From Patescibacteria group bacterium (lineage in GTDB: Bacteria; Patescibacteriota; Minisyncoccia; Portnoybacterales; UBA2143), in NCBI GenBank assembly GCA_018830295.1, contig JAHJSM010000001.1:193980-257979 (forward strand): DNA of 64,000 nucleotides, written 5' to 3'. The notes beneath the pieces are model-generated. The model saw nothing but the letters and a program-made list of their open reading frames with translations. It was not told where the DNA came from and did no database searches. Numbering within the stretch: position 1 is the first letter of the stretch; each line of letters opens with the position of its first letter. This document shows, in pieces, positions 28,701-37,013 of this stretch. The position numbers and the translations under genes were made by a program.

Positions 28701-29796
28701 ATACCTGACTCGCTCTCTCTCTATATTCAAGATTTGACCAAGCTTCTTTAACCATCTCACTCATTTTTTCTCGATAAACGGGATTTTTCCAATTTTTTTT
28801 GTTCAATTCTGACAACATCAAAGCCGCCTTTTCTCTGTTTTCTTTCTTCGCCCAAAATTTTCTTCTTCCTTCGGCAATTTTTTTAACATATCCCGCATCA
28901 TTCTTATGACGCCAAGAAGCAATTTCTTTATGATATTGCCAATGTTCTCCCCATTGCAATCTTAAAATATTATCTGGATTATTATTTAATTTATTAAAAT
29001 CCAAATGGTGTCTAATCTTGCCTTTGTTTTTCTTATAAACTCTATTAGCCAAATTCCATTTGTCAGCCAAACGATGAACAAAATCCCATGTATGTTTAAA
29101 TGGTTGACGAACTACCGCGTAGCCTTTTAGATTAGCATCTTCGCCTTGGTAAATTTCATCGTAAAGCGGCATCAAAGAATCGCTTGGCTTTAAATCTTTA
29201 GCTTTTTTATAAGATCCGTTTCTGACCATAAAAAGATGGTCTAATGTGCATTTAATTTTTTTTCCGTTATCCAGCGTTATCTCCATTACTTTTTCGTCCT
29301 TACGAGTTAATCTAGGATTTTTTATTTCAGCAACTTCTATTTCTTTATTGTCCGAATTAAAAGAAAATGTCCAATTTCTTTTCCCTTTTTTATATTCTTT
29401 AATAAGTTCTCCAAAAGTAAGATCTCGTCCATCAGTTAATTTAATTTTTGTATCTTTTGTAAAACAGCCAAAATTACCTTGCCCTTTGACCATCGGATAT
29501 CGCGCGTGGAATTCTTGTGTCATCTTGACCATTGACTCATAAACAGCCATATCCCCATGCGGATGATATTTGCCGAGCGTCTCCCCCACGATTGTCGCCG
29601 ACTTGCGGAACTTAGCGGAACTGTTCAGCCCCATCCGATGCATGGCATACAAAATACGCCGGTGAACCGGTTTAAGTCCGTCGCGAACATCGGGCAAGGC
29701 GCGCGAAATAATTACGCTCATTGCGTAAGCCAAATACGAATCCTTCATTTCGTCCGTAATCGCCCGTTTTTTTATATATCCTATTTCCATAAACAA
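25786..29796 (-). CDS. gyrA: DNA gyrase subunit A, interrupted by a 524-aa intein
   Basis: Exteins: ...YHPHGDMAVYESMV...GQGNFG | SMDGDNAAAPRYTEAKM..., followed by the C-terminal beta-pinwheel repeats. The intein starts CFTKDTKIKLTDG and ends FVHN. Confidence 0.85.
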   Translation of the reverse strand: MFMEIGYIKKRAITDEMKDSYLAYAMSVIISRALPDVRDGLKPVHRRILYAMHRMGLNSSAKFRKSATIVGETLGKYHPHGDMAVYESMVKMTQEFHARYPMVKGQGNFGCFTKDTKIKLTDGRDLTFGELIKEYKKGKRNWTFSFNSDNKEIEVAEIKNPRLTRKDEKVMEITLDNGKKIKCTLDHLFMVRNGSYKKAKDLKPSDSLMPLYDEIYQGEDANLKGYAVVRQPFKHTWDFVHRLADKWNLANRVYKKNKGKIRHHLDFNKLNNNPDNILRLQWGEHWQYHKEIASWRHKNDAGYVKKIAEGRRKFWAKKENREKAALMLSELNKKNWKNPVYREKMSEMVKEAWSNLEYRERASQVSSRNMRSLWQRKDFQELMSESKSKELKKKWQDEKYRERMSQMMREISLEIWSDPKHREYISKLTKERFENPEERKRQSEMSKKLWQNPEYRAKYPDDHFSQMAKKLWENPKTREFHSKKATEQWQNPEFSKKMSELTSARNKQRCKENPEFMKDLAGKAKVSLLKNWQNPSYKKRVIKSKILGFVHSLLGKRKKITPEIYERERTNNGVPKLENALNYFSNFSEIVSESKKYNHRIATAKILRKKEDVYDLTIEPHHNFCLGAGIFVHNSMDGDNAAAPRYTEAKMNKIAEEMLADIDKETIDWVDNYDGSTKEPSVLPAKLPQLLLNGGMGIAVGMATNIPPHNLGELIDGIIYLISNPKATVQDLFQFIKGPDFPTGGEIYDRQGMIQAYSSGRGPIVSRAKAEIVEEKAGKFQIIVKEMTYAVNKANLIIKIADLVKSKKLQGIKEIRDESDKDGVRLVIGLKSDTQPQKVLNRLFKLTDLQKTFHLNMLALVDGIQPQVLSLKGVLDEYVKHRRTVVTRRAQFELKQAREREHILLGLNKALDFIDEVIKTIRSSADKDTAHKNLVKRFKLSDLQASAILEMRLQALAGLERQKIKDELEEKKKIIKKLEALLKSQKKIMDLIKKELEELKEKYADKRRTKVFSRPVGELTDEELIPQEENIIILTRGGYIKRMNPQAYKSQKRGGKGVVGITPREEDAVGHFISASTHDPILFFTNQGRVFQIKAYEIPEASRVARGQAIVNILQLGAKEKIATVLDMSGPVEGKYLVMVTKNGIIKRTKIDDFKNTRKSGLIALKLSASDRLRWAVLTSGKDEIVLITAKGQSIRFKEGDVRVMGRGAAGVKGVALKEGDRLIGMGIVEEKAEKKNLKILVVTENGLGKKTDLKYYKTQKRGGMGIKTAKIGEKTGDIVAGHILSPETKDLIAISKQGQVIRMEVKSIPELGRATQGVKIMRLNGNDKVVTAACI
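27895..29466 (-). mobile_element. GyrA intein (aa 111-634) with an HNH-like motif and a tandem WxNPxYR repeat array
   Basis: N-terminal splice Cys (CFTKDTKIKLT). HNH-like RHHLDFNKLNNNPDNILRLQWGEHWQYH. About 10 degenerate repeats, K..W.NPEYR..MS.., visible as DNA-level repeats at 28160-28800. C-terminal ...IFVHN followed by Ser. Confidence 0.8.
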
Positions 29797-29805
29797 AAAA
29801 CAAAA

Positions 29806-30120
29806 TTATTTGCTCACTGGCAATCTTATCGGCTTAACCGTTTTTGTATTCTGGGGACTGTCCCCAATTTCAATTTCCTCTTCTACTATATTATCTTCAA
29901 ATAAAGCCCCTACGCTCGCTTTTAACGCTTCCATTAAAGAAGGTGTCTCTTTAATAATTTTCTCCTTCGTTTGAGAAACCTCTTTTACAGAATACTTCAA
30001 AGAAGCGACCCAAAAGGAAACAACAAAAAACGAGCAAACCAAAACAAATGCCCAAAGAATCCGAACGCGAACAACTCGCGGCTTATTCTGAATTTTCTCA
30101 ATAAAATCAATGATATTCAT
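29806..30120 (-). CDS. Hypothetical small membrane protein
   Basis: 104-aa ORF with one TM. Contains a B-type half-repeat (29853-29865). Confidence 0.35.
   Translation of the reverse strand: MNIIDFIEKIQNKPRVVRVRILWAFVLVCSFFVVSFWVASLKYSVKEVSQTKEKIIKETPSLMEALKASVGALFEDNIVEEEIEIGDSPQNTKTVKPIRLPVSK
29853..29865. repeat. Solo half-copy of the B-type repeat (GGGGACTGTCCCC)
   Basis: Read directly from the sequence. Confidence 0.6.
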
Positions 30121-30124
30121 TGTT

Positions 30125-30739
30125 TTAAATCTTCATCACAACCACTTCCATCCCTCCATTCGTAAAGTCCTTCTTTTTAAGCGTCAGTTTGTCAACGGCC
30201 GTTTTCTCTTCCAGCCCCATTTCTTTCAGAAATTCATCTACTCCCGCTAAATTCTCTTTCAATCCCGGCAGTTTGTATCGCATCGGGATAATAATTTGCG
30301 GCTCAATTTGCTTTGATATTTTAGCCGCTTCTTTCGCTCCAATTGTCTCGCCGCCGCCAACGGGCGCCATTAGAACATCAACCTGTCCAATCGCTTCCAA
30401 CTGTCTGTCCGTCAGTCGCTCCTGTCTTAAATCGCCCAAATGACAAATTCTAATCCCATCGGTTTCTATTAAATAAATTGTATTTTGAAAACTTGAGACC
30501 CCAATAATCCTAATATTTTTCACTTCGTATTCGCCCGGTCCGTTAATAATAAAGGGTTCGCCGCTCATCGCTTTGATATTATTATGATCCTTATGATTGC
30601 GCGAAACCGCAATAATATCCGCGTTCCCTTTTGGAGGATTCAAACCAACCCCCTTGTCAAAAGGGTCAATTATAATAACCAAATGCCCGCCCTGATTAGC
30701 AATCTTGAAACAAGAATGCCCGTACCAGTTAATAATCAT
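30125..30739 (-). CDS. MBL-fold metallo-hydrolase
   Basis: MIINWYGHSCFKI... with the metallo-beta-lactamase His motif HKDHNN. 204 aa. Confidence 0.7.
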   Translation of the reverse strand: MIINWYGHSCFKIANQGGHLVIIIDPFDKGVGLNPPKGNADIIAVSRNHKDHNNIKAMSGEPFIINGPGEYEVKNIRIIGVSSFQNTIYLIETDGIRICHLGDLRQERLTDRQLEAIGQVDVLMAPVGGGETIGAKEAAKISKQIEPQIIIPMRYKLPGLKENLAGVDEFLKEMGLEEKTAVDKLTLKKKDFTNGGMEVVVMKI

Positions 30740-30784
30740 AAATTAAATTTCCAGCTTTTTAAATCTTATCACACCCGCCTTCTC

Positions 30785-30813
30785 TTGCCAAGTTGATAAT
30801 CTTGCGTTATACT
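30785..30813 (+). promoter_or_regulatory. Putative sigma70 promoter for the S1 gene
   Basis: TTGCCA, 17-nt spacer, TATACT. Confidence 0.4.
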
Positions 30814-30834
30814 CTCGGAAGTTAATATTATATT

Positions 30835-31716
30835 ATGAAAAAAGAATCTCAAATCATGAAGGACTTGTTGGAAAAAGAAAAAAAAGCTGTTTCTTTGCCT
30901 CAAGCCGGAGATATCGTTGAAGGCCGCATTATCAAAATTAGCAAAAGCGCTATTATTGTAGAACTCGGTCCTGTGGGAACAGGCGTTGTTTACGGCGGAG
31001 AATTGAAAGATAACCGCGTCATGCTCAAGGAATTGGCGGTCGGACAAGAAATTTCCGCCTTGGTTTTAGATCCCGAAAACGAAGATGGCTTCGTTGAACT
31101 TTCTCTTAAAGAAGCGCATCTGGAAAAAATCTGGAAAGACCTTCAAGCAAAAAGGCAAAGCGATGATGTTATCACCGTCAAAGTCATGGAAGCAAACCGC
31201 GGCGGATTAGTCGTCAGGTTTTCCGACTTAGTCGGCTTTTTGCCCGTCTCCCAATTATCGCACGAAAATTATCCCCGCGTTGAAAACGGCGATAAAAACG
31301 CGATTCTCCAGCAACTTAACCAATTTATTGGAAAAGACATGACTGTTAAAATCATCAATCTTGATAAAAAAGAAGAAAAAATGGTTGTTTCCGAAAAAGC
31401 CGCCCAAGCTGGCAAGACCAAAGAAGACCTCCTTAAATACAAAGAAGGAGATATCGTTGAGGGAACCGTCGCCACGCTCGCTAACTTCGGCGCTTTCATA
31501 AGATTTGACGAAAACATTGAGGGCCTGGCGCACATTTCAGAATTAGAATGGAGAAGAATTGACCACCCCAGCCAAGTCCTTAAATTAAACGAAAAAGTAA
31601 AAGCGAAAATCATCAGCATCCAAAACGGTCAAGTAGCCCTCTCCCTCAAAGCGCTCAAAGAAAGACCTCAAGAAGAAGTCAAAGAAGAGACCAAAGAAGA
31701 AACAAAGGAAGAATAA
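30835..31716 (+). CDS. rpsA: S1 RNA-binding domain protein (short ribosomal protein S1 homolog)
   Basis: Three S1 OB-fold repeats (GDIVEGRIIKI..., DVITVKVMEANRGGLVV..., GDIVEGTVATLANFGAFIRF...). EETKEETKEE C-terminal tail. Confidence 0.6.
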   Translation: MKKESQIMKDLLEKEKKAVSLPQAGDIVEGRIIKISKSAIIVELGPVGTGVVYGGELKDNRVMLKELAVGQEISALVLDPENEDGFVELSLKEAHLEKIWKDLQAKRQSDDVITVKVMEANRGGLVVRFSDLVGFLPVSQLSHENYPRVENGDKNAILQQLNQFIGKDMTVKIINLDKKEEKMVVSEKAAQAGKTKEDLLKYKEGDIVEGTVATLANFGAFIRFDENIEGLAHISELEWRRIDHPSQVLKLNEKVKAKIISIQNGQVALSLKALKERPQEEVKEETKEETKEE

Positions 31717-31718
31717 AA

Positions 31719-31743
31719 AAAGCCCCCGCAAGGGGGTTTTTAA
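31719..31743 (+). terminator. Rho-independent terminator
   Basis: AAAAAGCCCCCGCAAGGGGGTTTTT. Confidence 0.65.
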
Positions 31744-31747
31744 CTTA

Positions 31748-31775
31748 TTGCCATATCCAAACATTCTGCTATAAT
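31748..31775 (+). promoter_or_regulatory. Putative sigma70 promoter for ftsH
   Basis: TTGCCA, 16-nt spacer, TATAAT. Confidence 0.45.
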
Positions 31776-31782
31776 ACCCATT

Positions 31783-33606
31783 ATGAAAACATTATTTAAA
31801 AATTTACTCATCGCTTTTTTGGTTTTTCTTTCAATCGCCGGATTTTTCGCTTTAATTAACAGCGGCGTTGAAGAGCCGACTCAAATTTCGCTGACCCAAC
31901 TGGTTGAGCGAATTAACAATGAAGAGATTTCAACCATCACTATCAAAGGTGACGCGCTTGAAATTAAATTAAAAGGCGGAACAGTTGAAAGCGCGACCAA
32001 AGAAAGAGAGGCCTCGCTGACCGAATCGCTCAAAAATTACGGACTTGAAACAGCAAAACTAAAACTAATCAATTTGGAAGTGGAAGGAGAAAGCGGCGCG
32101 GCTTTTTGGCTCGGCACCGTTTTGCCTTTTCTTTTCCCTCTTCTTTTAATCGGCGCTTTCTTTTGGTTTATGCTCCGAGGCGCTCAACGCGGGCAGAGCC
32201 AGGCGTTTTCTTTCGGTCGTTCCAGAGCGCGCCTCATTAGACCCGAAGACAAAAAAAATCGGGTTTCGTTCAAAGATGTCGCTGGATTGAAAGAAGCCAA
32301 GGAAGAACTAAGCGAAATAGTTGAATTCCTTAGAACCCCCAAGAAATTCGTTGACCTCGGAGCCAAAATTCCCAAGGGCGTTTTGCTTATCGGCGCGCCT
32401 GGCACAGGCAAGACCCTTTTGGCGCGCGCCATCGCTTCCGAAGCAAGCGTTCCATTTTTCAGCGTCTCTGGTTCAGAATTCGTGGAAATGTTTGTCGGCG
32501 TCGGCTCATCCCGAGTTCGCGACCTTTTCCAGACCGCCAAAAAGAACGCGCCCTCTTTAATTTTTATTGACGAATTAGACGCCATCGGACGCCAAAGAGG
32601 CGCCGGACTGAGCGGCGGACACGACGAAAGAGAACAAACGCTCAATCAAATTTTAGTTGAAATGGACGGATTTGACCCGAACACAGGCGTAATTTTAATC
32701 AGCGCTACAAACCGTCCCGATGTTCTTGACCAAGCGCTTCTTCGCCCGGGCCGATTTGACCGCCGCATCATTTTAGACCTGCCCGACATTAAAGACCGCG
32801 AAGCAATCCTTAAAATTCACAGCCTCAATAAACCTATGGGCAAAGACGCCAATTTCAAGGAAATCGCCGAGCGAACACCTGGATTTTCCGGCGCCGACTT
32901 GGCAAATTTAGTCAACGAAGCGGCGATTCTAACCGCGCGGCGGAACAAGAAAATCATCGGGCAAAGCGAACTTTTGGAATGTATTGAAAAAGTCATTTTA
33001 GGACCCGAAAGAAAAAGCCACATCTTGTCTAAAAAAGAAAAAGAAATCACCGCCTACCACGAAGCCGGACACGCCCTACTCACGACCCTTCTCCCCAACG
33101 CCGACCCAGTCCAAAAAGTTTCCATCATCGCCCGCGGTTCAGCCGCTGGCTATACTCTCAAACTCCCTATTGAAGATAAACACCTCCACAGCCGTTCCGA
33201 GTTTATGGATGAATTAGCCGTCCTTTTAGGCGGATACGCTGCCGAAAAAATCGTCTTTAACGAGCTCACCACTGGCGCTTCCAACGACCTTCAAAAAACA
33301 AACGAACTCGCCCGCCGTTTAGTGACTAAATATGGAATGAGCGAAAAAATGGGACCGAGAACTTTTGGCGGACGAGAAGAAATGGTTTTCTTAGGACGAG
33401 AAATGGCGAATGGAAAGGACTATTCTGAAGAAATAGCAAAACAAATTGACGAAGAAATCGCCGAATTTATTGACAACGCCTACCGAGTCGCCGAAGATAT
33501 CTTAATCAAAAACAGAAAGAAATTAGACCGAATCGCCAAAGAACTAATCAAAAAAGAAACGATCGAAAGAAAGGACTTTGAAAGATTGCTAAAAAGAAAG
33601 GTTTAG
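31783..33606 (+). CDS. ftsH: ATP-dependent zinc metalloprotease FtsH
   Basis: N-terminal TMs. AAA Walker [12 protein letters not shown]. Zinc site HEAGHAL. Confidence 0.9.
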   Translation: MKTLFKNLLIAFLVFLSIAGFFALINSGVEEPTQISLTQLVERINNEEISTITIKGDALEIKLKGGTVESATKEREASLTESLKNYGLETAKLKLINLEVEGESGAAFWLGTVLPFLFPLLLIGAFFWFMLRGAQRGQSQAFSFGRSRARLIRPEDKKNRVSFKDVAGLKEAKEELSEIVEFLRTPKKFVDLGAKIPKGVLLIGAPGTGKTLLARAIASEASVPFFSVSGSEFVEMFVGVGSSRVRDLFQTAKKNAPSLIFIDELDAIGRQRGAGLSGGHDEREQTLNQILVEMDGFDPNTGVILISATNRPDVLDQALLRPGRFDRRIILDLPDIKDREAILKIHSLNKPMGKDANFKEIAERTPGFSGADLANLVNEAAILTARRNKKIIGQSELLECIEKVILGPERKSHILSKKEKEITAYHEAGHALLTTLLPNADPVQKVSIIARGSAAGYTLKLPIEDKHLHSRSEFMDELAVLLGGYAAEKIVFNELTTGASNDLQKTNELARRLVTKYGMSEKMGPRTFGGREEMVFLGREMANGKDYSEEIAKQIDEEIAEFIDNAYRVAEDILIKNRKKLDRIAKELIKKETIERKDFERLLKRKV

Positions 33607-33614
33607 GGTATGAT
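33586..33614 (+). promoter_or_regulatory. Putative promoter for the tRNA cluster (inside the ftsH 3' end)
   Basis: TTGCTA, 17-nt spacer, TATGAT, 7 nt before tRNA-Ile. Confidence 0.35.
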
Positions 33615-33620
33615 ATCGCC

Positions 33621-33694
33621 GGGCGCGTAGCTCAGCTGGTTAGAGCACCTAGCTTATATCTAGGCGGTCCCTGGTTCGAATCCAGGCGCGCCCA
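33621..33694 (+). tRNA. tRNA-Ile (anticodon TAT)
   Basis: Acceptor GGGCGCG/CGCGCCC. Anticodon stem CCTAG/CTAGG with loop CTTATAT, giving UAU. T-arm CCTGGTTCGAATCCAGG. Confidence 0.8.
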
Positions 33695-33705
33695 CGCGTT
33701 TTTTC

Positions 33706-33782
33706 GGGCGGTTAGCTCACTTGGTTAGAGCGCGTCGTTGACATCGACGAGGTAACTGGTTCGAATCCAGTATCGCCCACCA
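33706..33782 (+). tRNA. tRNA-Val (anticodon GAC)
   Basis: Anticodon stem CGTCG/CGACG with loop TTGACAT. CCA encoded. Confidence 0.85.
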
Positions 33783-33784
33783 AT

Positions 33785-33812
33785 AAAAATCCCGCATAAC
33801 GCGGGATTTTCC
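33785..33812 (+). terminator. Hairpin terminator after tRNA-Val
   Basis: AAAAATCCCGC-ATAA-CGCGGGATTTTCC. Confidence 0.55.
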
Positions 33813-33819
33813 GCGCAAA

Positions 33820-33849
33820 GGGGACTGTCCCCTCTTGGGGACAGTCCCC
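33820..33849. repeat. GC-rich palindromic repeat, B-type (inverted orientation)
   Basis: GGGGACTGTCCCCTCTTGGGGACAGTCCCC. Confidence 0.85.
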
Positions 33850-33895
33850 GGATTACTTGCCACTCGGCTAAAATACTGGTATTTTATCATAGTAC

Positions 33896-33967
33896 GGGCC
33901 AGTGGTTTAGTGGTATAACGCCTCCTTTGCAAGGAGGAGGTCGCGGGTTCGATTCCCGCCTGGTCCA
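33896..33967 (+). tRNA. tRNA-Ala (anticodon TGC)
   Basis: G3:U70 wobble in the acceptor (GGGCCAG/CTGGTCC). Anticodon stem CCTCC/GGAGG with loop TTTGCAA. Confidence 0.8.
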
Positions 33968-33969
33968 CA

Positions 33970-34673
33970 TGTCTATCACCCTCAAAATTATTTACGAAAA
34001 CGATGATTTTCTTGTTCTTGAAAAACCAGCTGATTTGACCGTCCACCCTGTAAAGCCAGAACAGAAAAACACATTGGCGGATTTAATTGTGGCGCGATAT
34101 CCAGAAATTAAAGGAGTTGGGGAAGATCCCTTGCGGCCGGGAATCGTTCATCGGCTGGACAAGGACACTTCGGGATTGATGGTTGTCGCGAAAAACAACC
34201 AAAGTTTTAATTATCTTAAAAAGCAATTTCAAGATAGAAAGGTGGAAAAAGAATATTTGGCCTTAGTCGTGGGAAAAATAAAAGACAAAAAGGGAACAAT
34301 TACCAAATCAATCAGCCAATCAAAAAAAGACCACAAAAAAAGAAGCGCCCTTTTGGGAGAAAAATCAAAACCCGCTTGGACCGAATACGAGGTCTTGGAA
34401 TATTATAAACAATACACCCTCGTCAAAGCAATGCCAAAAACGGGGCGGACACACCAAATCAGAATCCATTTGGCATCCATTGGATACCCCATCGCCGGCG
34501 ACAAACAATATAAATTCAAAAGACAACCTTGCCCCAAAAACCTTTCAAGGCAATTTCTTCATTCCTACTACTTGAAATTTCAAACAACTGATGGTAAGAT
34601 GATTGCGTTCAAATCAGAACTTCCGCAGGACCTAAAAGAAGTTCTTAAAGACCTTGAAAAAATTTATGAATAA
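33970..34673 (+). CDS. RluA-family pseudouridine synthase
   Basis: [16 protein letters not shown] catalytic motif. Start ATG 33970 (the ORF track's upstream extension overlaps tRNA-Ala). Confidence 0.8.
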
Positions 34674-35037
34674 AATTGACGCGTTCAACAAAAAAAATAT
34701 AAAAAGCGATTTGCCCGAAATCAGGACCGGATACACTATCCGCGTCCACCAAAAAATAAAAGAGGGAGAAAAACAAAGAATTCAAATCTTTGAGGGCTTG
34801 GTTATTGCCTGCAAGCACGGCAAAGGAATTAATTCCACCATCACCGTCCGAAAAATCAGCCAAGGAATTGGCGTTGAAAGAATTTTTCCAATCCACGCGC
34901 CTTTTATTGAAAAAATAGAAGTCATCCGCAAACACAAAGTCCGCCAAGCCAAACTCTACTACATCCGCCACAAATCAACTAAGGAATCTCGCCTCAAAGA
35001 AATAAAAGAAAAGCCCGCCAAGAAAAAAGAAAAATAG
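34654..35037 (+). CDS. rplS: 50S ribosomal protein L19
   Basis: ...[42 protein letters not shown]... matches the L19 family. Confidence 0.85.
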   Translation: MKKFMNKIDAFNKKNIKSDLPEIRTGYTIRVHQKIKEGEKQRIQIFEGLVIACKHGKGINSTITVRKISQGIGVERIFPIHAPFIEKIEVIRKHKVRQAKLYYIRHKSTKESRLKEIKEKPAKKKEK

Positions 35038-35045
35038 CCCCCGCC

Positions 35046-35130
35046 GCCCAGGTGATGGAACTGGTAGACATGCAAGCTTGAGGGGCTTGTGCTCGCAAGA
35101 GCGTGAGGGTTCAAATCCCTCCCTGGGCAC
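35046..35130 (+). tRNA. tRNA-Leu (anticodon GAG)
   Basis: Acceptor GCCCAGG/CCTGGGC. Anticodon stem CAAGC/GCTTG with loop TTGAGGG. Long variable arm. Confidence 0.85.
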
Positions 35131-35137
35131 AAAGACT

Positions 35138-35168
35138 GGGGGCTACCCTCGCAACGGGGGCAGCCCCC
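35138..35168. repeat. Degenerate A-type palindromic repeat
   Basis: GGGGGCTACCCTCGCAACGGGGGCAGCCCCC. Confidence 0.6.
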
Positions 35169-35200
35169 ATTTAAAAAAACGCCACCCGGCGTTTTTTTTG
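35167..35200 (+). terminator. Rho-independent terminator
   Basis: AAAAAACGCCACCCGGCGTTTTTTTT. Confidence 0.6.
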
Positions 35201-35286
35201 ATTCCCCCTTGCTATTTTTTAAAATCTATCGTATCCTATCCCCAATCAAAAAACCCGTAACTTAACAACCAAAAAGGAGGGATAAG

Positions 35287-35727
35287 ATGAGTCTATTTTC
35301 GTTTTTTGAAAGAAAAATTGTCGCTGAATGTGGACACACTACAAAAAGAAAGGATAAAATAGTGGCGTTTGGCGAAGGGACAATCACTGAAATTACTTTT
35401 GAAGACGGTAAAACGCCATATTGCCATCAATGTCTTGAAAAAATGGCTATCAGGTGCGCTTGGTGTGGACATGTAATTTTTATCGGCGATCCAATTACTT
35501 TATACACCCCGGCAAAAAAAGATTTTAAAATATCAGATTACGCCACCGTGTACAACAAAAACCCGCTACAATTAGTCGGTTGCTTGAGATGGGATTGCGC
35601 TGAAACAGGCGCGGATAGGGCTGGATTTTGGATGCCACCTGGAAAGGTTGAACGAGTGCCAACCGCGTTTGAACGAATTATGATGGGTGAGAACGCAGTA
35701 GTTATCGGAGATCTTAGCAAAGCGTAA
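35287..35727 (+). CDS. Hypothetical Cys-rich (zinc-ribbon-like) protein
   Basis: Strong SD AAAGGAGGGATAAGATG. CHQC...CAWCGH cysteine/histidine pattern. 146 aa. Confidence 0.5.
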   Translation: MSLFSFFERKIVAECGHTTKRKDKIVAFGEGTITEITFEDGKTPYCHQCLEKMAIRCAWCGHVIFIGDPITLYTPAKKDFKISDYATVYNKNPLQLVGCLRWDCAETGADRAGFWMPPGKVERVPTAFERIMMGENAVVIGDLSKA

Positions 35728-35810
35728 AAATAACTAATTCCCCGTGGCCTTGATTAAATAATAATCGAGGCCATTTTATTTCCGCCAACATATTAGACGT
35801 TCAACGTCTA

Positions 35811-35875
35811 ACACCCCATTCGGCTATCCGATAGCCGAATTAGGCGAATCTCTCTTGCCACTCGCTTAGGAGGTT
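35811..35875. repeat. ~65-bp direct repeat, copy 1 (contains the family C palindrome)
   Basis: ACACCCCATTCGGCTATCCGATAGCCGAATTAGGCGAATCTCTCTTGCCACTCGCTTAGGAGG. About 90% identical to 36950-37013. Confidence 0.8.
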
Positions 35876-35881
35876 GAAAAA

Positions 35882-36913
35882 CTATTTTGCTTTATTCTTA
35901 ACTTGCCGCGCTCTCGCTTTTTTCAGCGATTCAAAATGTAATATGCCGCTTTCATCTTTGTCGGTCATATTGCCAAGCAAACGAAAACTTCCCTCGCCAA
36001 AAGTTTTTTCAACAAGACGCGCGATAGGCAAAAGATGTCCAGTAAAATGCGACTTCAAAAACTCTTTAGAAACATCATCCGCGCTTTGATACTGATTTGG
36101 AAATTCTTTTTGTATCTCGCCGCAAACATAATCAAGAGTTTGTCTCTGAGGAAGATAGGAAAAAAACCAACCGCCCTCGCATTTTTTGTTCACGTAAATT
36201 ATTTCGTCCTCTGAAATATTCTTTTTTTTCGCTAATTCCTTCTTAAATTTCTTGGCTTCATCCGACATCATCCATTCTTTTTCCTCTTTCATTTCTGGCG
36301 TTTCAAAAAGTTTGCTTAAGAAAATTTTTTCTTGAGCCGAAACAATCGCTTCGTGCAGTCCGACGAAGTGCCTATGTTGCCCTCCATAATGGTCATGTCT
36401 CTGCGACGATCCCACAGTCATTCCTTCTCTGTAGGATGTTTTTTCGACTTTTTCATTTTTTTCTTCAACTTCAATAGAATAATATCCCTTAAGGTGCAAT
36501 GTCTCGTGAAAAGCGACTGAGCCAAAATGAGCAAGATTATCTCTGTATTCTTCGGCGTTAAAGACAACCCCCTGTTTGACAAAAAAAGCCCCTGCGCTAT
36601 GGTTGCCGCTGCCAATAATCTCTTTATATAATTCTGGGGGTATAATATGGTAATTTTCCGCCGAAATATTGTATGTCTCCACGCCTGCTTCGCGCATTAA
36701 TTTATTTGTTTCTTGATTCGCAAAATCAATTAGAGCAAGTTCTTTTTCCGATTTTGGATATTCAAATTTGGCCAACTGCTCTCGCGCTCGCAGAGGCAAT
36801 GATTCAAAATGGTCAAAGAAGGCCTGCTCCGCCTCTTTTTTGGCCTGCTCTTTTTTTTCAAAAGAAGCATTCCCAACCACACTAATTTTTGGACCTTTCT
36901 CCATATTTTCCAT
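35882..36913 (-). CDS. Hypothetical HExxH-motif protein (putative zinc metallopeptidase)
   Basis: 343 aa. AFHETLHLKGY (HExxH) and a His-rich HDHYGGQHRHFVGLHEAIV segment. No family recognised by eye. Confidence 0.5.
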   Translation of the reverse strand: MENMEKGPKISVVGNASFEKKEQAKKEAEQAFFDHFESLPLRAREQLAKFEYPKSEKELALIDFANQETNKLMREAGVETYNISAENYHIIPPELYKEIIGSGNHSAGAFFVKQGVVFNAEEYRDNLAHFGSVAFHETLHLKGYYSIEVEEKNEKVEKTSYREGMTVGSSQRHDHYGGQHRHFVGLHEAIVSAQEKIFLSKLFETPEMKEEKEWMMSDEAKKFKKELAKKKNISEDEIIYVNKKCEGGWFFSYLPQRQTLDYVCGEIQKEFPNQYQSADDVSKEFLKSHFTGHLLPIARLVEKTFGEGSFRLLGNMTDKDESGILHFESLKKARARQVKNKAK

Positions 36914-36949
36914 ATTAAGATTTTATCACTTTTTTCAATTATAGAAAAG

Positions 36950-37013
36950 ACACCCCATTCGGCTATCCGATAGCCGAATTAGACGAACCTTTCCTGCCGC
37001 TCGCTTAGGAGAT
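36950..37013. repeat. ~65-bp direct repeat, copy 2 (overlaps the MFS gene 3' end)
   Basis: ACACCCCATTCGGCTATCCGATAGCCGAATTAGACGAACCTTTCCTGCCGCTCGCTTAGGAG. Confidence 0.8.

Noticed and set aside
26213-29904. Plus-strand ORFs inside the gyrA locus (26213..26524, 27675..28016, 29246..29542, 29557..29904 and others) and similar antisense ORFs inside nrdD, recG, valS, ftsZ and ftsA
   Set aside because: These are antisense, low-complexity translations of long well-supported genes, with no RBS or homology signal.
33896-33967. My initial reading of this tRNA as tRNA-Cys(GCA)
   Set aside because: Re-indexing the fold puts TGC at positions 34-36 with a G3:U70 pair, which is tRNA-Ala. The genuine tRNA-Cys (U73 discriminator) is at 41824.
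33927-33969. Upstream part of ORF 33927..34673 and minus-strand ORF 33717..34046
   Set aside because: They overlap tRNA-Ala(TGC). The RluA-family gene starts at ATG 33970.
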